The notes beneath the pieces were generated by a model. The model was not told the origin of the DNA. It worked only from the letters and a program-made list of their open reading frames with translations, and ran no database searches. The translations under genes and the position numbers were made by a program. Shown in pieces: positions 1-12,900 of a stretch of 64,000 nucleotides of DNA. Each line of letters starts with the position of its first letter. The stretch's first letter is position 1. Source of the stretch: Octopus vulgaris (Eukaryota); assembly GCA_951406725.2 (NCBI GenBank), contig OX597814.1, forward strand, positions 45,942,001-46,006,000. The letters run 5' to 3'.

Positions 1-199
1 CTCTCAAAATATATGGTCTCGTCTTTATAATAGAAATAATAATTATTATTCTAAGCTCTTGTACTTTGCTCTGTATCCAAACAAGGCAGTTAAGCAGACG
101 ACTGATACCATTCTTTATGGTCTGTCTCTCAAGTAGTTCGTGTGCAACTGCTAAAAATGCTGCCTACAACACCTGAAGAAAGTTACCTACCATTGCAAC

Positions 200-440
200 A
201 ATTTGGAAAATTCATATGGACCAATTATACTAGTCAACAAGAGTATGATAGATATAGCAATTATGGATATGAAGGCAGGAGAAAGCTTATGGCTCAATAG
301 AAATCATTGTTGAGATACTTAAAAGATCTGGTAGAATAAGATTTGGCCTAGTTAACCAGGTTGTACAGGAATGTGTTATACATAACGACTGGTGTAGCAG
401 CATTATAGTCAGCTACTACTAGATATAAATAGAATTACAA
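200..440 (+). mobile_element. Decayed RTE-clade LINE fragment (region N-terminal to RT core)
   Basis: Translates to IDIAIMDMKAG..EILKRSG..VNQVVQECVIHNDWCSSIIV, RTE-like, frameshifted. Confidence 0.6.
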
Positions 441-3400
441 ACTTGGTCCTAGCCAGCAGGAAATAGATAGGACATGACTCCTGTCAGGTAAATAGCCCTG
501 ATTCATACGTAGGAAAGTTGCAAGCAGGAATTCCATATAGTGTGCCCAGTGCAAGCTTAGACACACGAGGTGCATTGGAATCACAAGAAGGTAACAGAGA
601 AAGTAACCTTTGTATGTAAACGTGCTCAAGCAATAAACACTAAGGTCACATGGAAAATAGATTTTCTCAAATATCCTTAGACCCATTTCTTTTTCAAATC
701 CATCCCTCATTCTCAATATTATTCCTTCCCACTTTATTTTTACTGATTACCCTTTCTGAGCCTGATCACCCATCACTCCCTCTACTTGAAGCTACATCTT
801 AGGGCTACCATGCTCTCTCTTAACTATCACCCATCATCCTTTCATATCTACCATTGGTGGCCTCTCTCCACCTCCATTTCCATTCACTATAACCACTCCT
901 ATGTACCTCTGACACTGTACATATTCCACCACCTCCACATTCCACTTCAACTCTATTTTCCTCCACCCATCCTGTACTGCCATTTCTTTCATCTTCATCA
1001 CACCTTATAATATTTATCACCAACTACTCCTCCGTCTCTACACCCATCTCTAACTTGTCACTTCCTGATTCTGCGTCCATATTCTCTCATTTTGTATCTT
1101 GAGAATATGTTCTGACACCTGGCCACCACCACCATCTTCTTTCCAGCTATTCACACCCACTCGTAATATAATGCAAGGTAGCTATGTATCTCCTATATAT
1201 CAAGACATGTATGCCGGTCCCTCTATAATATTTTACCCTCTCAACACCTGGCATTAAATCATTTTCTTTACTCCAACCTTTTGTTGTCTCGAGTTATTTG
1301 GCAACTTCAAAAATGTTGGTACCATAGAAAAAAAGCACCCTATAAAGTGGTGTATTAAGGGCATCCAGTCAAGGAAATTATGCCATAATAGACATTGGAG
1401 TTTAATGAAATCCTCTGGCTTGTTGGATCCTTTCAAACTGTCTAACTATGCTAACATGGAAGATGAACATTAAATGATGATGAGTACACATTATTAAAAA
1501 TATGTTTTAAAATTTTTTAAGAGCAAGGGACTATGTATATTTATTATGTTAGTGGCTGCTCTTAATGTGTCATCATTATCATCATTTTATTGTCTACTTT
1601 TCCATGCTTACATGGGTCAGACGAAACTAAATCAGAGCAGAAATTTTTTCACAGCTGGATGCTTTTTCTGAAAACCCTCAACAACTAATTTCTAACCAAG
1701 ATAATATCGAACAACATAACACAAACATGATTATACAGAGAAATGAAAACAAATGACATTTTTAAATGCACCTTTTGTTTATAATCAGCAAACATACAAG
1801 ATGAAAGGAAATATGAATCCATGTATACACACACCACACACAGATTTCTTTCATCAAATCCACTCACAAAGCTTTGATCAGCCCAGTAGAAACCAGCTAT
1901 CCAAGGTGCCATGCAGTGGGGCTGAACCTGAAACCATATGGTTAGGAAGTAAACTTACTAACCACAAAGCCATGCCTGCACTTAGTCCGTAACATTTATG
2001 TAAACTTGAACAAATACAATTATAATTACTACGTCTACTTCTGCTAAATTAAAGTTCTTGACAAACTGAACATAAATTAAACTTATTCTATTTTTGCATA
2101 GTTGCCACTTAAGAGACACGAGTTTATTTCCTCTACTTAACAACAAATTGTTATCCTTTATATAACTCAGACAAGTACTACATTTTTCTATCATTCAGAT
2201 ATAGAAAGACAGACATAAAAAAAAAACCATCTTTACTTCCATAATTACTTTATTCAAAGAGTTCTGATTTATATGATCTTCACCCTATTTGGTTCTTTGA
2301 ATATTCACAAACTTCCTACAGAATACTTCTTGGCAAGATATGGATTTCTATCTTTAGAATAAAAGGCAATGCATTAGTTACATTTACCAGAACACTTGTT
2401 GAACCACAAACAACTTATCTTTTTGAGACCACAGCAAGTTAATTTGTTGCTGAGAGCAGATAATTCTACCTTGCTGTTGACAACTTATGGGTCTTTCAGA
2501 GGTTGGATGATAAGAAAATTGTAGCTTCTCCTTATAATAAATGGTGTACGAGAATGCAAATAAGATGAAAAGTGAAAGTTCAATAAACAAACGTGTGCAA
2601 AAAAATGGCTCATTTCACTCTTTGGGAAAAAAAGTTAGCTGGAAGAGCATCAGAGAAGACTGCTTAATTCCTTGGATTTGTTAGTTCATTTTATGCCCAT
2701 TTTTTCCATTTAAGCATAGGTTACATGAATACATACCATCGAAGCATTGTTTATAGCTAAATGTTCTTCCAGTTGCTAATTCTTACCTGTTTTCAACTAA
2801 GGGATATTTTATTCCACTTATCTTTGAATGTGCAGAGCCAGCAATGAGAATGACAACAAATTCCAGTGCTTGTAGCTAAGTGCTTTTTCATGCAACATAC
2901 TGAATACAAAAATTCAGTCACACATACACACACATTTCCTTCTATGGAATTCACTCATGAGCCATTGATTGGCCTGGATCTTACAAGCATAAGGTGCCAT
3001 GCAGTGGGACTAAACTCAAACTATGTGGTTGAAAAGCATACTTCACTACAGAGTAAGGTCTGCAGGGACTGAGAAGGGCAATACTTATGATACTTTATAG
3101 AGACTTTAAAGCATGTAGGAAGAAATTCTAAGACAGGAAACCTGAATGCTTGCAACAATATATTCTACTAAGGGGCCAGGCGATGCTGTAAACGGAAGCA
3201 ACATGTGAAGTCTCCTGACTACTATATTTGTAGAAATATTTTGAGAAAGTGCCTTTCAATAGAAAGCTTGTTTTATTGGCAATGTGTAGCAGGGTTTTGT
3301 AAAGTCGTAACTTAATTAGCCACTGTCAACTCACTTAAAAACTCCAGTTGTTATTTCCTTTAGAGTGAATTCTTTTAGCTAAGTAAAAGCCGAAATGTAA

Positions 3401-3619
3401 CAAGTTTCAAACAAGTGCTAATTTTCTGACCCACACAGTTTAAGTGTTAGATGTTATTCTGGACTACAATGAGTTTGGTTTTGAAAGAAAATACAAATTC
3501 TCATTTGTACATTTAGTATATACATATACTTATAAAAAGTACTGAATTAAAAAAACAAAAACAAACAAACCAAAATATAAATAACAGTATTGACTAAGTT
3601 ATACAATGTTCATGGAGAT

Positions 3620-4260
3620 ATCATTCCACTTGAGTTTCTCAATGTATCTGTCCAGCATTTTCTGAAACCCTCACAATTTGATATGTCAATTGTAGCTTAA
3701 AAAGGACAGGATTCACTATCCCAATTATTGGGAAAATGTAGATTTTTAGCTCAAATTAAATAGTTATATTGCACTAATAAATATAATTTAGGAATAGTTG
3801 ATGGCTACAATTTTTATGCAAGATAAAAAATAAGGTTTTAATTCTTTAGGCAACTGAAGATATAAAGTATAAAGATTGCACCCCTGGATTGATCAATGTA
3901 AAGAAGTGAAAGTCTATTGACTAAAAGATGTTGCAGAGATAAAAACAGATTTTTAAAGGATGTCTGAATTAGGGATTTTGATCCGAATAAGATATTCATA
4001 TAATAGCAGAAAGGTATAAACTCTGTTGATGTTAGTTTCAAATTATGTTGAAGTTATCCAAATATAACAAACTGCACTGAAAGGTGTCTGAAATAGTGCT
4101 GCAATCTTTAATCTCACAGGGACCATTTATTTGTATAACAAGAGAATCAAAAGAGACTTGGACAAAATAAATAATTTTGATGAAGAGAGTAATTAATACC
4201 TTGTATATTTCAGAGGTGGTCAAACGACTTTCATTATACATTTAGATAATTTTACTGTAT
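3620..4260 (-). mobile_element. Possible heavily decayed hAT transposase C-terminal remnant
   Basis: Minus frame near 3640-3700 reads IDISNCEGFRK..TDTLRNS, resembling the hAT dimerization motif (S.A.CERGFS...T.LRNSL); weak. Confidence 0.3.
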
Positions 4261-5740
4261 TTTGACAAATATTAACTCCAGAAATATTGGAATGAATGAA
4301 ATATGAGTAAAATAGAATAGCAACTGAGAACAATGGATTTCATAACACATGCAATTATATTTGAATGCTTATTTTCACTTAACCATTTCATCACCATATC
4401 TCATAAAATAACTAAATTTTTAATTATTAAAATAGTTTGGAAAGTAATTTAATGGAAAATTTTTTAAAATAAAATCATGATGTAAGGTCTTTAATTTGAA
4501 TATGAACAATTTAAAATCAGAACTGGAGGTGTTCTCTAGTGGGTTGGTATTAAAAAGGTTAAGTAAAAAAATGTATTAAAAAAACGTATGTCAAGAAGTA
4601 TACAATAGAATATTTGACAAGTTAGAAAATAAATATATTGTGAAAAAAAATTGTCTAAGATACAGCAAACATGTAAAATAAAACTGAAATGTAATATTAA
4701 ATAATTAGAGGGAAATATTTTACATTTTATTAAATAATTGTTTCTAACAGAGGTGCACAACCTGAAATTCGAGAGAGGAAGTTAGTTGATAAAATTGACC
4801 TCAGTACTCAATAGGTACTTCATCAAATATGGAGGGGTGAAAAGGCAAAGTTGAACTTGGAAGTAAAAGAGCTTGAACAAATACAACCAACTATTTTGTC
4901 TGCTGTTCGAACAATATGTACTTACACACACACTCTCTCAAAATTCACTTACCCAAATAATTTATTTGATTAATGAAAAAATATAAAAAAACCAACAGCT
5001 TACAACTATTATACAAGAACAGATTGGGCAGTCTTAATCCATTTGTATGTTGAAACATTATGCATGCACAGTGGGTGCTATCAAAAGCTAGGACAACAAC
5101 AGCACCTTACGATGAAGGGACAATTGTTAGTGTATTCACTTTAATACTTTAGGGACTGGTTGATAGCATTCATTCTGATCTACTATATTTGAAATGTAGG
5201 TTGAACAAAATCATATTCATGACTTGAGACTAAGGATGAAAAAGATACCCTTAGTTTAATGACCTAGAAATAAAGTATCCCACTTAACAGACAGGATCCA
5301 TCTTTAATGTTTTCATCAAAACTACAATGTTAAATGTCATTGGTATAATTCTATTTCCTCTTCTTAGAACATATCACAACTGATAATTGATTTTATAATT
5401 ACAAGTAAAAACACAAAAAAGTAACAAGACGTGTATTCCATGAGACAATTACACAGATATCAGAAATGTGTTTGAATCCCTGAGGAACACCAAATTTAAA
5501 TTTGGCTATCAGCTGCAATTTATTAAACCCAACTGAATGTGGAGCTTATCACTGAAAAATGCAATGGAAACTTAGTATTGTGTATGCTATAAGGGATGTT
5601 GGGTTATAGTTGCACTACTTACCAGGTACATATACAGTGATTAATGATAAAATAGCACCATGATCAATTAAACAATTTTATATAGAAATTTGTAAAAAAA
5701 TAAAGGGCTAATGGCTGCATAGATTTTGCCCAAAACTCAC

Positions 5741-6913
5741 CTTTTTCTTTGAAGGAGCTTTTGTAGGTAGAGAGGATTCTAGAATTAAATTGGGTGCAGG
5801 AACAGTAGGTAGTACAGTATTTATTAATGTATCTATCTCTACTGGTGCTGGAAGTTGTCCATAATTGGCAACATTTGTAGAAGTATCCATATCCACTTCA
5901 TTGCGAATAGAATTTTCTTTTTCTGTAACAGATATTCTAACACTAGTACACAAATCAGATTGTAGGTGTGTTGCACATGAAGTGTTCTGGTGGTGAGTTT
6001 CTCTGATTTTAGAGTCTATACTCTCACCAACACCAACTACATCACTGGCTTGATTTCTGCCATCTTTACCCGCTTGTGGGGAAAATTGACAAGAGTCTCG
6101 TCGAATAGGCAGCACACTGCATTCAGACTTGGGTACCTCTTTTTCTAATGAAAAATGTATATTTGTTCCACTATCACATGTTGGGGTTTCAGCATGATCA
6201 ACAGAATTTTCAAGTACATGTTTTTGTGAGTATTCAGATTTTACCTCATTAATACTAGAACTTTTATCATCACAGGTCTCTTGAATTTTTTCCTTTTTAA
6301 TTTCAAAGGGATGAATGTCTGATGAATTCTCTTTTTGTTTTTTAAATACATTAGAAAAGTTTGTGAAAACAGGTTGGACAGCAAGAGAGTTAGATGCCAT
6401 TGCTTCTGAATGCTTTATTTCTCCTTCAACATGATCCTTTACAGAATCATGAGATAATGTAGTCCATGTAGAATTTTCTGAAAGAGGTTTTGTATTTGTA
6501 AGCTCTTTTGTTTCACATGCAATTTCTTCTTTTATAGAATTTTGTTCAAAATGGTTGGCACTATCAAGAGTGTCTGGGTTTTGATGTTCTGTAGTTTCAC
6601 TTGCATCCAGTGTTTCGTCATCTTCACATTCAGATTTTACATGATCAGCAGTCATTGATTGTAGAGTTGTTACTTGTGACAAAAGATTTGTTCTAGAATT
6701 ACAAGATGATACATCAACTGCACTGCATTGTTCTGCAGCAGCAGCTAAACTCTCCAATCCTTCAGGCCCACTTGTCTCTTCACTGTCAGATATTCCTCGA
6801 GTAGAATCACTGTAAGGTGGTGGTTGGGATTCACATGTATCACTTTCTATTAAGTCCCTGAGTTCTGATCCCATTCCAGAATAGTTAGCTTCAGCTGAGA
6901 TCAATTTGTATTT
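5741..6913 (-). CDS. KMT2E: KMT2E coding exon 23 (large low-complexity exon, 391 codons)
   Basis: Long ORF 5708-6904; ttctag acceptor; ends APSKKK|gtgagt where MLL5 continues KKKVSLLEY. Confidence 0.9.
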
Positions 6914-9900
6914 CTAGAAAGATGATAAAGTAAAGAAAGAAAATTATCAAAGAAAAAAATAATTCTTAACCCTTTAGTGTTTGCATTATTCTGCCAAAAT
7001 TAATCCTTTTTTATCCAAATAGTTTTGAACTAATCATGCATTGTTTTGTAGCTATGAGGTTTTGATGAGGTAGCTGTTAATTTTTAAAACAATATTGTAG
7101 GGTTGGTGTGAGAGACCAGATCTGGCCAGTTTGAACATAAAACAGGCAGAATACTTTTGGCCGGATATGGCCAGTTTAAACACTAAAGGGTTAAATGTTC
7201 TACTGTTAAAATATAATGTAATTATATTTGGAAACTTACAAAATGTTAATTAAATATGGAATGCTTGACATCATTGTTTTACATACCCTTTCCATGTTGG
7301 TATGGATTGACCACTAGATCCAGTAAATAAATGTTGGAATGTGTACATTATTTACATTTGATGGATATTTGTCCTCATCTTGTTTGTTGTTAACACAACG
7401 TTTCGGCTCATGTACTCTCCAGCCTTCATCAAGTGTCCTGGGGGAATTTCGAACTTGGGTTTTCATTCCTAAGGTATTTTTCCAATATTGTTATTATTAT
7501 TATTATTCAGGTCACTGCTTGGAATCAATCTTGGAATCTTGGGGTTAGCAGCCCATGCTCTTAACCTCTACGCCATACACCTACGGGCATATGGCGTAGT
7601 GTTTAAGAGCGTGGGCTACTAACCCCAAGATTCCAAGTTCAATTCCAGGCAGTGACCTAAATAATAATAATAATAATATTGGGAAAATATCTTAGGATGA
7701 GAACCCAGGTTCGAAACTTCTCCAAGACATCTCAAAAAGGCTAGAGAGTACATCAGCTGAAACGTTGTGTTAACAACAAACAAGATAAGGACAAATATCC
7801 GTCAAATGTACATAATTCCTCATCTCTCAAATATTGGAATGTGTGTTGACATATAAAATAATTACCTCTAAATGCAGATCTTCTGGTGGTGATTTTAATT
7901 GCTGACTTGACTTAATATCAGAATCTTCAAAGCTTATTGAGTGAGCAGATGTCGACGGTACATCGAGGTTAGATGTCTGTGATGGTGAGGATGTGGACGG
8001 AGTAGACATGAGTGGCTGATCTGATGACAGAGACTCTCTAGCTAACCTTCGTTTCTTCAGTGGAGTGACAAAATCTGCAGTACAAAGTTGTTTTTTTTTG
8101 TTGTCAACAAACAGGTAAAAATCAGAAATATTTTATTGCTTTGTTTATATCTTTTGTTAATTAGAATAAAGGTATTTTACCTGCTTGAGGAGAAGCTCCA
8201 GGACTTGGCATGGAGGCAACAGCATTTGGACTTGCCACATCACAGACTACAGAATTGATGGGTTGAGGGGAGTCCTTGCCACTGTCCATGCCAGTAGGAC
8301 CAGTCTCATGCATAGCTTGACGAAGCCAACGCTAAAAAAAGGAAAACAAAAAATTTCAATTTAATTTTTAGGTTCCCATGTTCACACATACTCAAGAAAA
8401 TTAAAACCTTTATTTTCTCTAAACAAATGGCATTAATTTTACAGATAAATTAAGAACTGCTAATAAAGATGTTGATTAAGATATAGTTAGAAGTATTTAT
8501 ATAGTTTAATAAAATTCGTATATTGCTCACATTAGTATGAATTATATAACTATGTAACTGTGTTGGAGCAAACAACTTACAACTAGATATGGTTTTAATA
8601 TTACAATAGAAAAAGTAGTTGTCTTTATTTTGATCAATACTGAAGCAATCAATTCAACTTAATTATTTTAATCACTTGTGTTTTGAGTTGATACACACAT
8701 TCCTTGTACAAGAAAATCATGAGGCAGTATTTTAGTAAAAACTTCACCCCATCATTATTTATAATTATATTTACTTACTTTTTTAGCAGATCCAACACTT
8801 GAGTCCATTTTACCAGAAACTGAAATGTGACTCATTCTCCGATGAAGATGCTCCAATGAGCTACGTGGACTATGGAAGCAAGTAACAAATGCAGTTTCTT
8901 CTATGTTGACCTCCAATGGTTCTGTTTTGGTAGCTGGTAATACTGTTTTCGTATCTTTGCCTTCTAGCCATTCACTCATCTAAATAAAATAAAGAAATGA
9001 ATAATAAAATCTATGTTTAGAAAAGTTTCTTATTCAAAATTTCTTACTTAAATACATAACTGAATAAAGGAACACAAAAACGTTTGGAAAATATTTGGCA
9101 TCATAAATTTTCATTTTATAAAATTAAATTATGAAAATAACCTACTTTCTTGGTTTTGAACTTGAAACTTGATGGTGTATTTGAAATGTCATTTTGTTGA
9201 TTTATATTTTGTGGAGCAGACTGTGGTGGTGGTTGAACTGGAGGAGTTTGTGAAAGGCTTGATGAAAGTGAAGTAGTTGGTGTTATAGTAGTTACAGTAG
9301 TAGGTGCCGTCACAGTTACTGACTGTGGGCTAGAAATTTGTCCAGCAAGGGTAACTACCAGAGAAGGGGCTACTGCCAGTGGAGATGAAAGAGCTGTTGT
9401 TTGATTGCTACCCATATTGCTATTTTCATCTTGAGACAATGCTGCTTCAGAACAACTGCCGCCACTGTTCACTCGGCTGCGTCTAAAGAAGAGACAAAAA
9501 TCCACCAGGGATAATTATGAAAATAAAACCCAGAATGTAGTCACTAATATTGCTCAATAAAAAATTTGAAGTTGGAGTAATAACAATGAGTGGTTAACAA
9601 AAATATAAATATTCATGTTTTTATCTTTTATGCCATTTTATATATAATTAAAATAAAAAAAAAAATACCTTCTTGTTGATATAGAATGTGCTTTCTTCTT
9701 TTTCCTGAAAAGAAAGAAAATACAACATATGACAACTTTTGCAATAGCAAATCTAAATACAAGTAATTGAAATCACACACAGAACAAAAGTAAATGTAAT
9801 AAATTAAAATTGAAGTGTCTACTTTATAAGAAGCTTACTTTGTGCTTGGGGGTTTAGATAGTGTAGAAATATCAGGTTTAATATCTTTTAGTTCTACTTT

Positions 9901-12900
9901 TTCCTCATCCTCCGGTGACTCCTGTAAATGTAAAACAAAAATACTAAAGAGTGCTAATTTCATGTTTAGATGAATTGCTAAAATGTAATCATTTGCCATT
10001 TATTACTTTTATTTAAAAATTAGCATTAAAATGAGTTATTAGCTAATATTCAAGGAGTCATACAACAAAATTTTATAAAAGCTAATCGTGAAAATTACTG
10101 AATTATCTATCAAACTTAATGTACATAAGACAGGTGTACCATTAAAGGAAAAACAGAATGAAATGCTGGAATCTGTCATCGAAGAAATCTAGGAATCAAC
10201 ATGCCGTCAGCTAAATTAAATAAACTTACTTGCATACATAAACACACAGAAACACATACAATAATTCACGATACAAAATTTGTCACACATCTTACAGGTA
10301 AATTTGTCCATAGTGAAACATTACAATCAAAGTGGGAAGGATAAAAAAAAAAAACTCCAAAATTTCACAGCAGTCAAATTTGTAAAATAATGTTGGACAG
10401 TATAACTCAATTGTTTATGTAGTGAAATTACTGATTTTGCAAATGTACTAACGAGATCTGCACTGGAATTCTCATTTAAATAAGACTATTTAGCTGTCTT
10501 CAGGTGGGTTGGTAACATTCTCAGTCAGTTATGACCACATTGGTATTGAATGGGTTAAATGGTACTAAAATGCTTGTGCAAAATATTGAAGTGGTGCTTC
10601 AGCAATATTACTGGAACTAGGATCTTAAAAACTAGTATGCTTCTTTTAAATCTCTTAAAAATTTAATAAAATACACTGTAGATAGATATTCTATGAAATA
10701 CAAAAGTTAAATGCAATTCCAACATACTCTTTTTTTCTCTTCTTGACTTTTCCGAGCATTTTCAAGTCTAGCCAATGCTTCTTTTCTTCTTTCTTCTCGT
10801 TTTTCCAGTTTTTCAAATGCTTTAACAATTGCTTCCATTTTCCTCTCTTCTCTTGTCTATACAAAAATTATTTGAAATTTTAATAAAAGGATGAAACTGA
10901 ATAATAATGTTAATACACTTCTATTTCTAGTTCTTCATTCATAGGTATTTCTTGGAATCCTTTAGGCAATACAGTTACCATGATCTTATGAATGATGATA
11001 GCCTGAAAAGCTTCCAAGTGAATCACACTAGCAAAGTGAGACAGACTTCAGTAGCCAAAATTCTCAACAAAAATAACCTGCATCTAAGGATGCACTATGA
11101 TAAATCTAATACTGGATATTTACAGAAATATAGCAATACATTCAAGAAAACTAGTTACCATGAATTTGCACATATATTGTTTATCTTGCTGAAGTGTCTC
11201 CTTTGATGGCAATGTAAGTTAAAAGATTTTTGTAATATTTTCATAAAAACATTTAGATTTCTTTCTAATTAGAACCAATAAAACATTTCAAGTTATCTAT
11301 ATCTACCATATTTACAATACAAAAGTATTCAGTTAGATAAAAAAAAAACATTCAGTTACTAATACAAAAAAGTGACTTACCATTTTTCGAGGAGGTTCTA
11401 AATTATCATCAATAGTTGGAGATATTTCACCTTCCACATGGGTGGGTAGTGGTGGAGCAGCAACAGCGGCATCAACAGCAGCTGCTGCAGCCGCAGCTGC
11501 TTCTGCTTCTGTTGGGGTTGGTGGAGGAGGCAATTGTAACATAGGAGCATCACTATTGCTATTGTTAGATACTGCAATAGCTGCCATAGCAGCATTGGGG
11601 GCCGTGGCCACTGCTGCCAAATCCTCAAGAGTGCATGCTGATTTAGCTGGCATAGTGAGTGGCATAGGAGCAGATGGAATTGGAGGAAGAGAAATAGAAG
11701 AGACTGAGCAATTATTTGGAGATGCTTGAATAGAAAGTTCAGAAGAAACAATAGAAACTGGTAAAGAAATAGTTGGGGATAAAGAGGTACCTGTGGTATT
11801 AGCATGAGTATAAACCGAGGATCGAGAAGCTGGCTGAGAAGTTTGAGAAGGAGGATATAATTTTACCATAGATGTAGGAATAGAGGGAGAAGAAGGGATA
11901 GTTTTATAGATGACATTCGCATTGGAAGAGCGTGGAGGCTAGAATAAAAAGAAAAAAATGTCTCATAAAAATCATTTAAAAAAAAGTAAAATTTAAGATA
12001 AATTACACTTTTTGGCACTTCTTCATAATTACCTTACATCACATGTAATTTTTTTGTTGGCTCTTTTGATATAATTAAATAAAGACTATATATATAGAAC
12101 AATGCTTCTTCCAATCTGTATTTCCATGAGATGTCATTTAGAGTTACTCAAGTTATATGCAAATGGTTTTTTTTAGTAATTTTGTTGTATTCTGTATTTG
12201 TATTTTTCTTATACATGAATGGCATATTCCCTAAGACAGGGAATCCTGCTATCTGCAGGTAATGAAGTGACCATACAGAAAAATAACCTCTTGACAGAAC
12301 TGAAGGGGAATTTAGTTTAAACATCATGATGTTTGATGGATTTAGCACTATTAAGTATTTCAAAGATAGTTTTGTGAATGTTTTATTATAATGGTTGATG
12401 AAAGAGAATCATTGCTGGAGAGTTATTGCTTATTGACTACATCTATAAATACCCAACCAAATTTTTTCATTGGTTTTCCTTGCTTACTGGTGACTAAAAT
12501 GGCCGATTTGTAACAAGGGTATTTACAAATATCAAATTACAATTTATAGAGAATTCAATTGGAAACTATGGACAGACCTTACAATAGAAGTTAAAGAAAA
12601 CAAAATGGATTGCTGTTTTCCAATCTAGTATGTGATACACATGGTTGTGAATTGAGGCAAAATACTAGGGGTAGCAGATGTTGGTGATAAAAATTGTCAA
12701 AAAAGAATTATTTATCAGACAGAATACATGCTTTGAGAACAGAAACTGAAACTGAAAGAAACTAGTATTCATATGAATCTGCATTGTGTAAGAACTTGAA
12801 ACATGAATGCAGAATAGCATAAGAAGCTATGTTAAGAGTGAAATTATATACAAAGGAAGGTTTCTTTCTCTTGTCTAAAAGGGATGCAAACACATTACAG

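Noticed and set aside
2384-2590. Minus ORF as the next KMT2E exon
   Set aside because: No VSLLEY-like motif or convincing in-phase acceptor
7585-7660. tRNA gene (also 41840-41899 minus)
   Set aside because: A/B boxes present but no complete cloverleaf or acceptor stem; embedded in repeat bodies, so SINE heads
11398-11805. Overlapping ORFs 11398-11805(-), 11442-11729(+), and similar 14871-15200(+), 19326-19583(+), 51812-52338
   Set aside because: Shadow or antisense frames of real exons with no independent motifs
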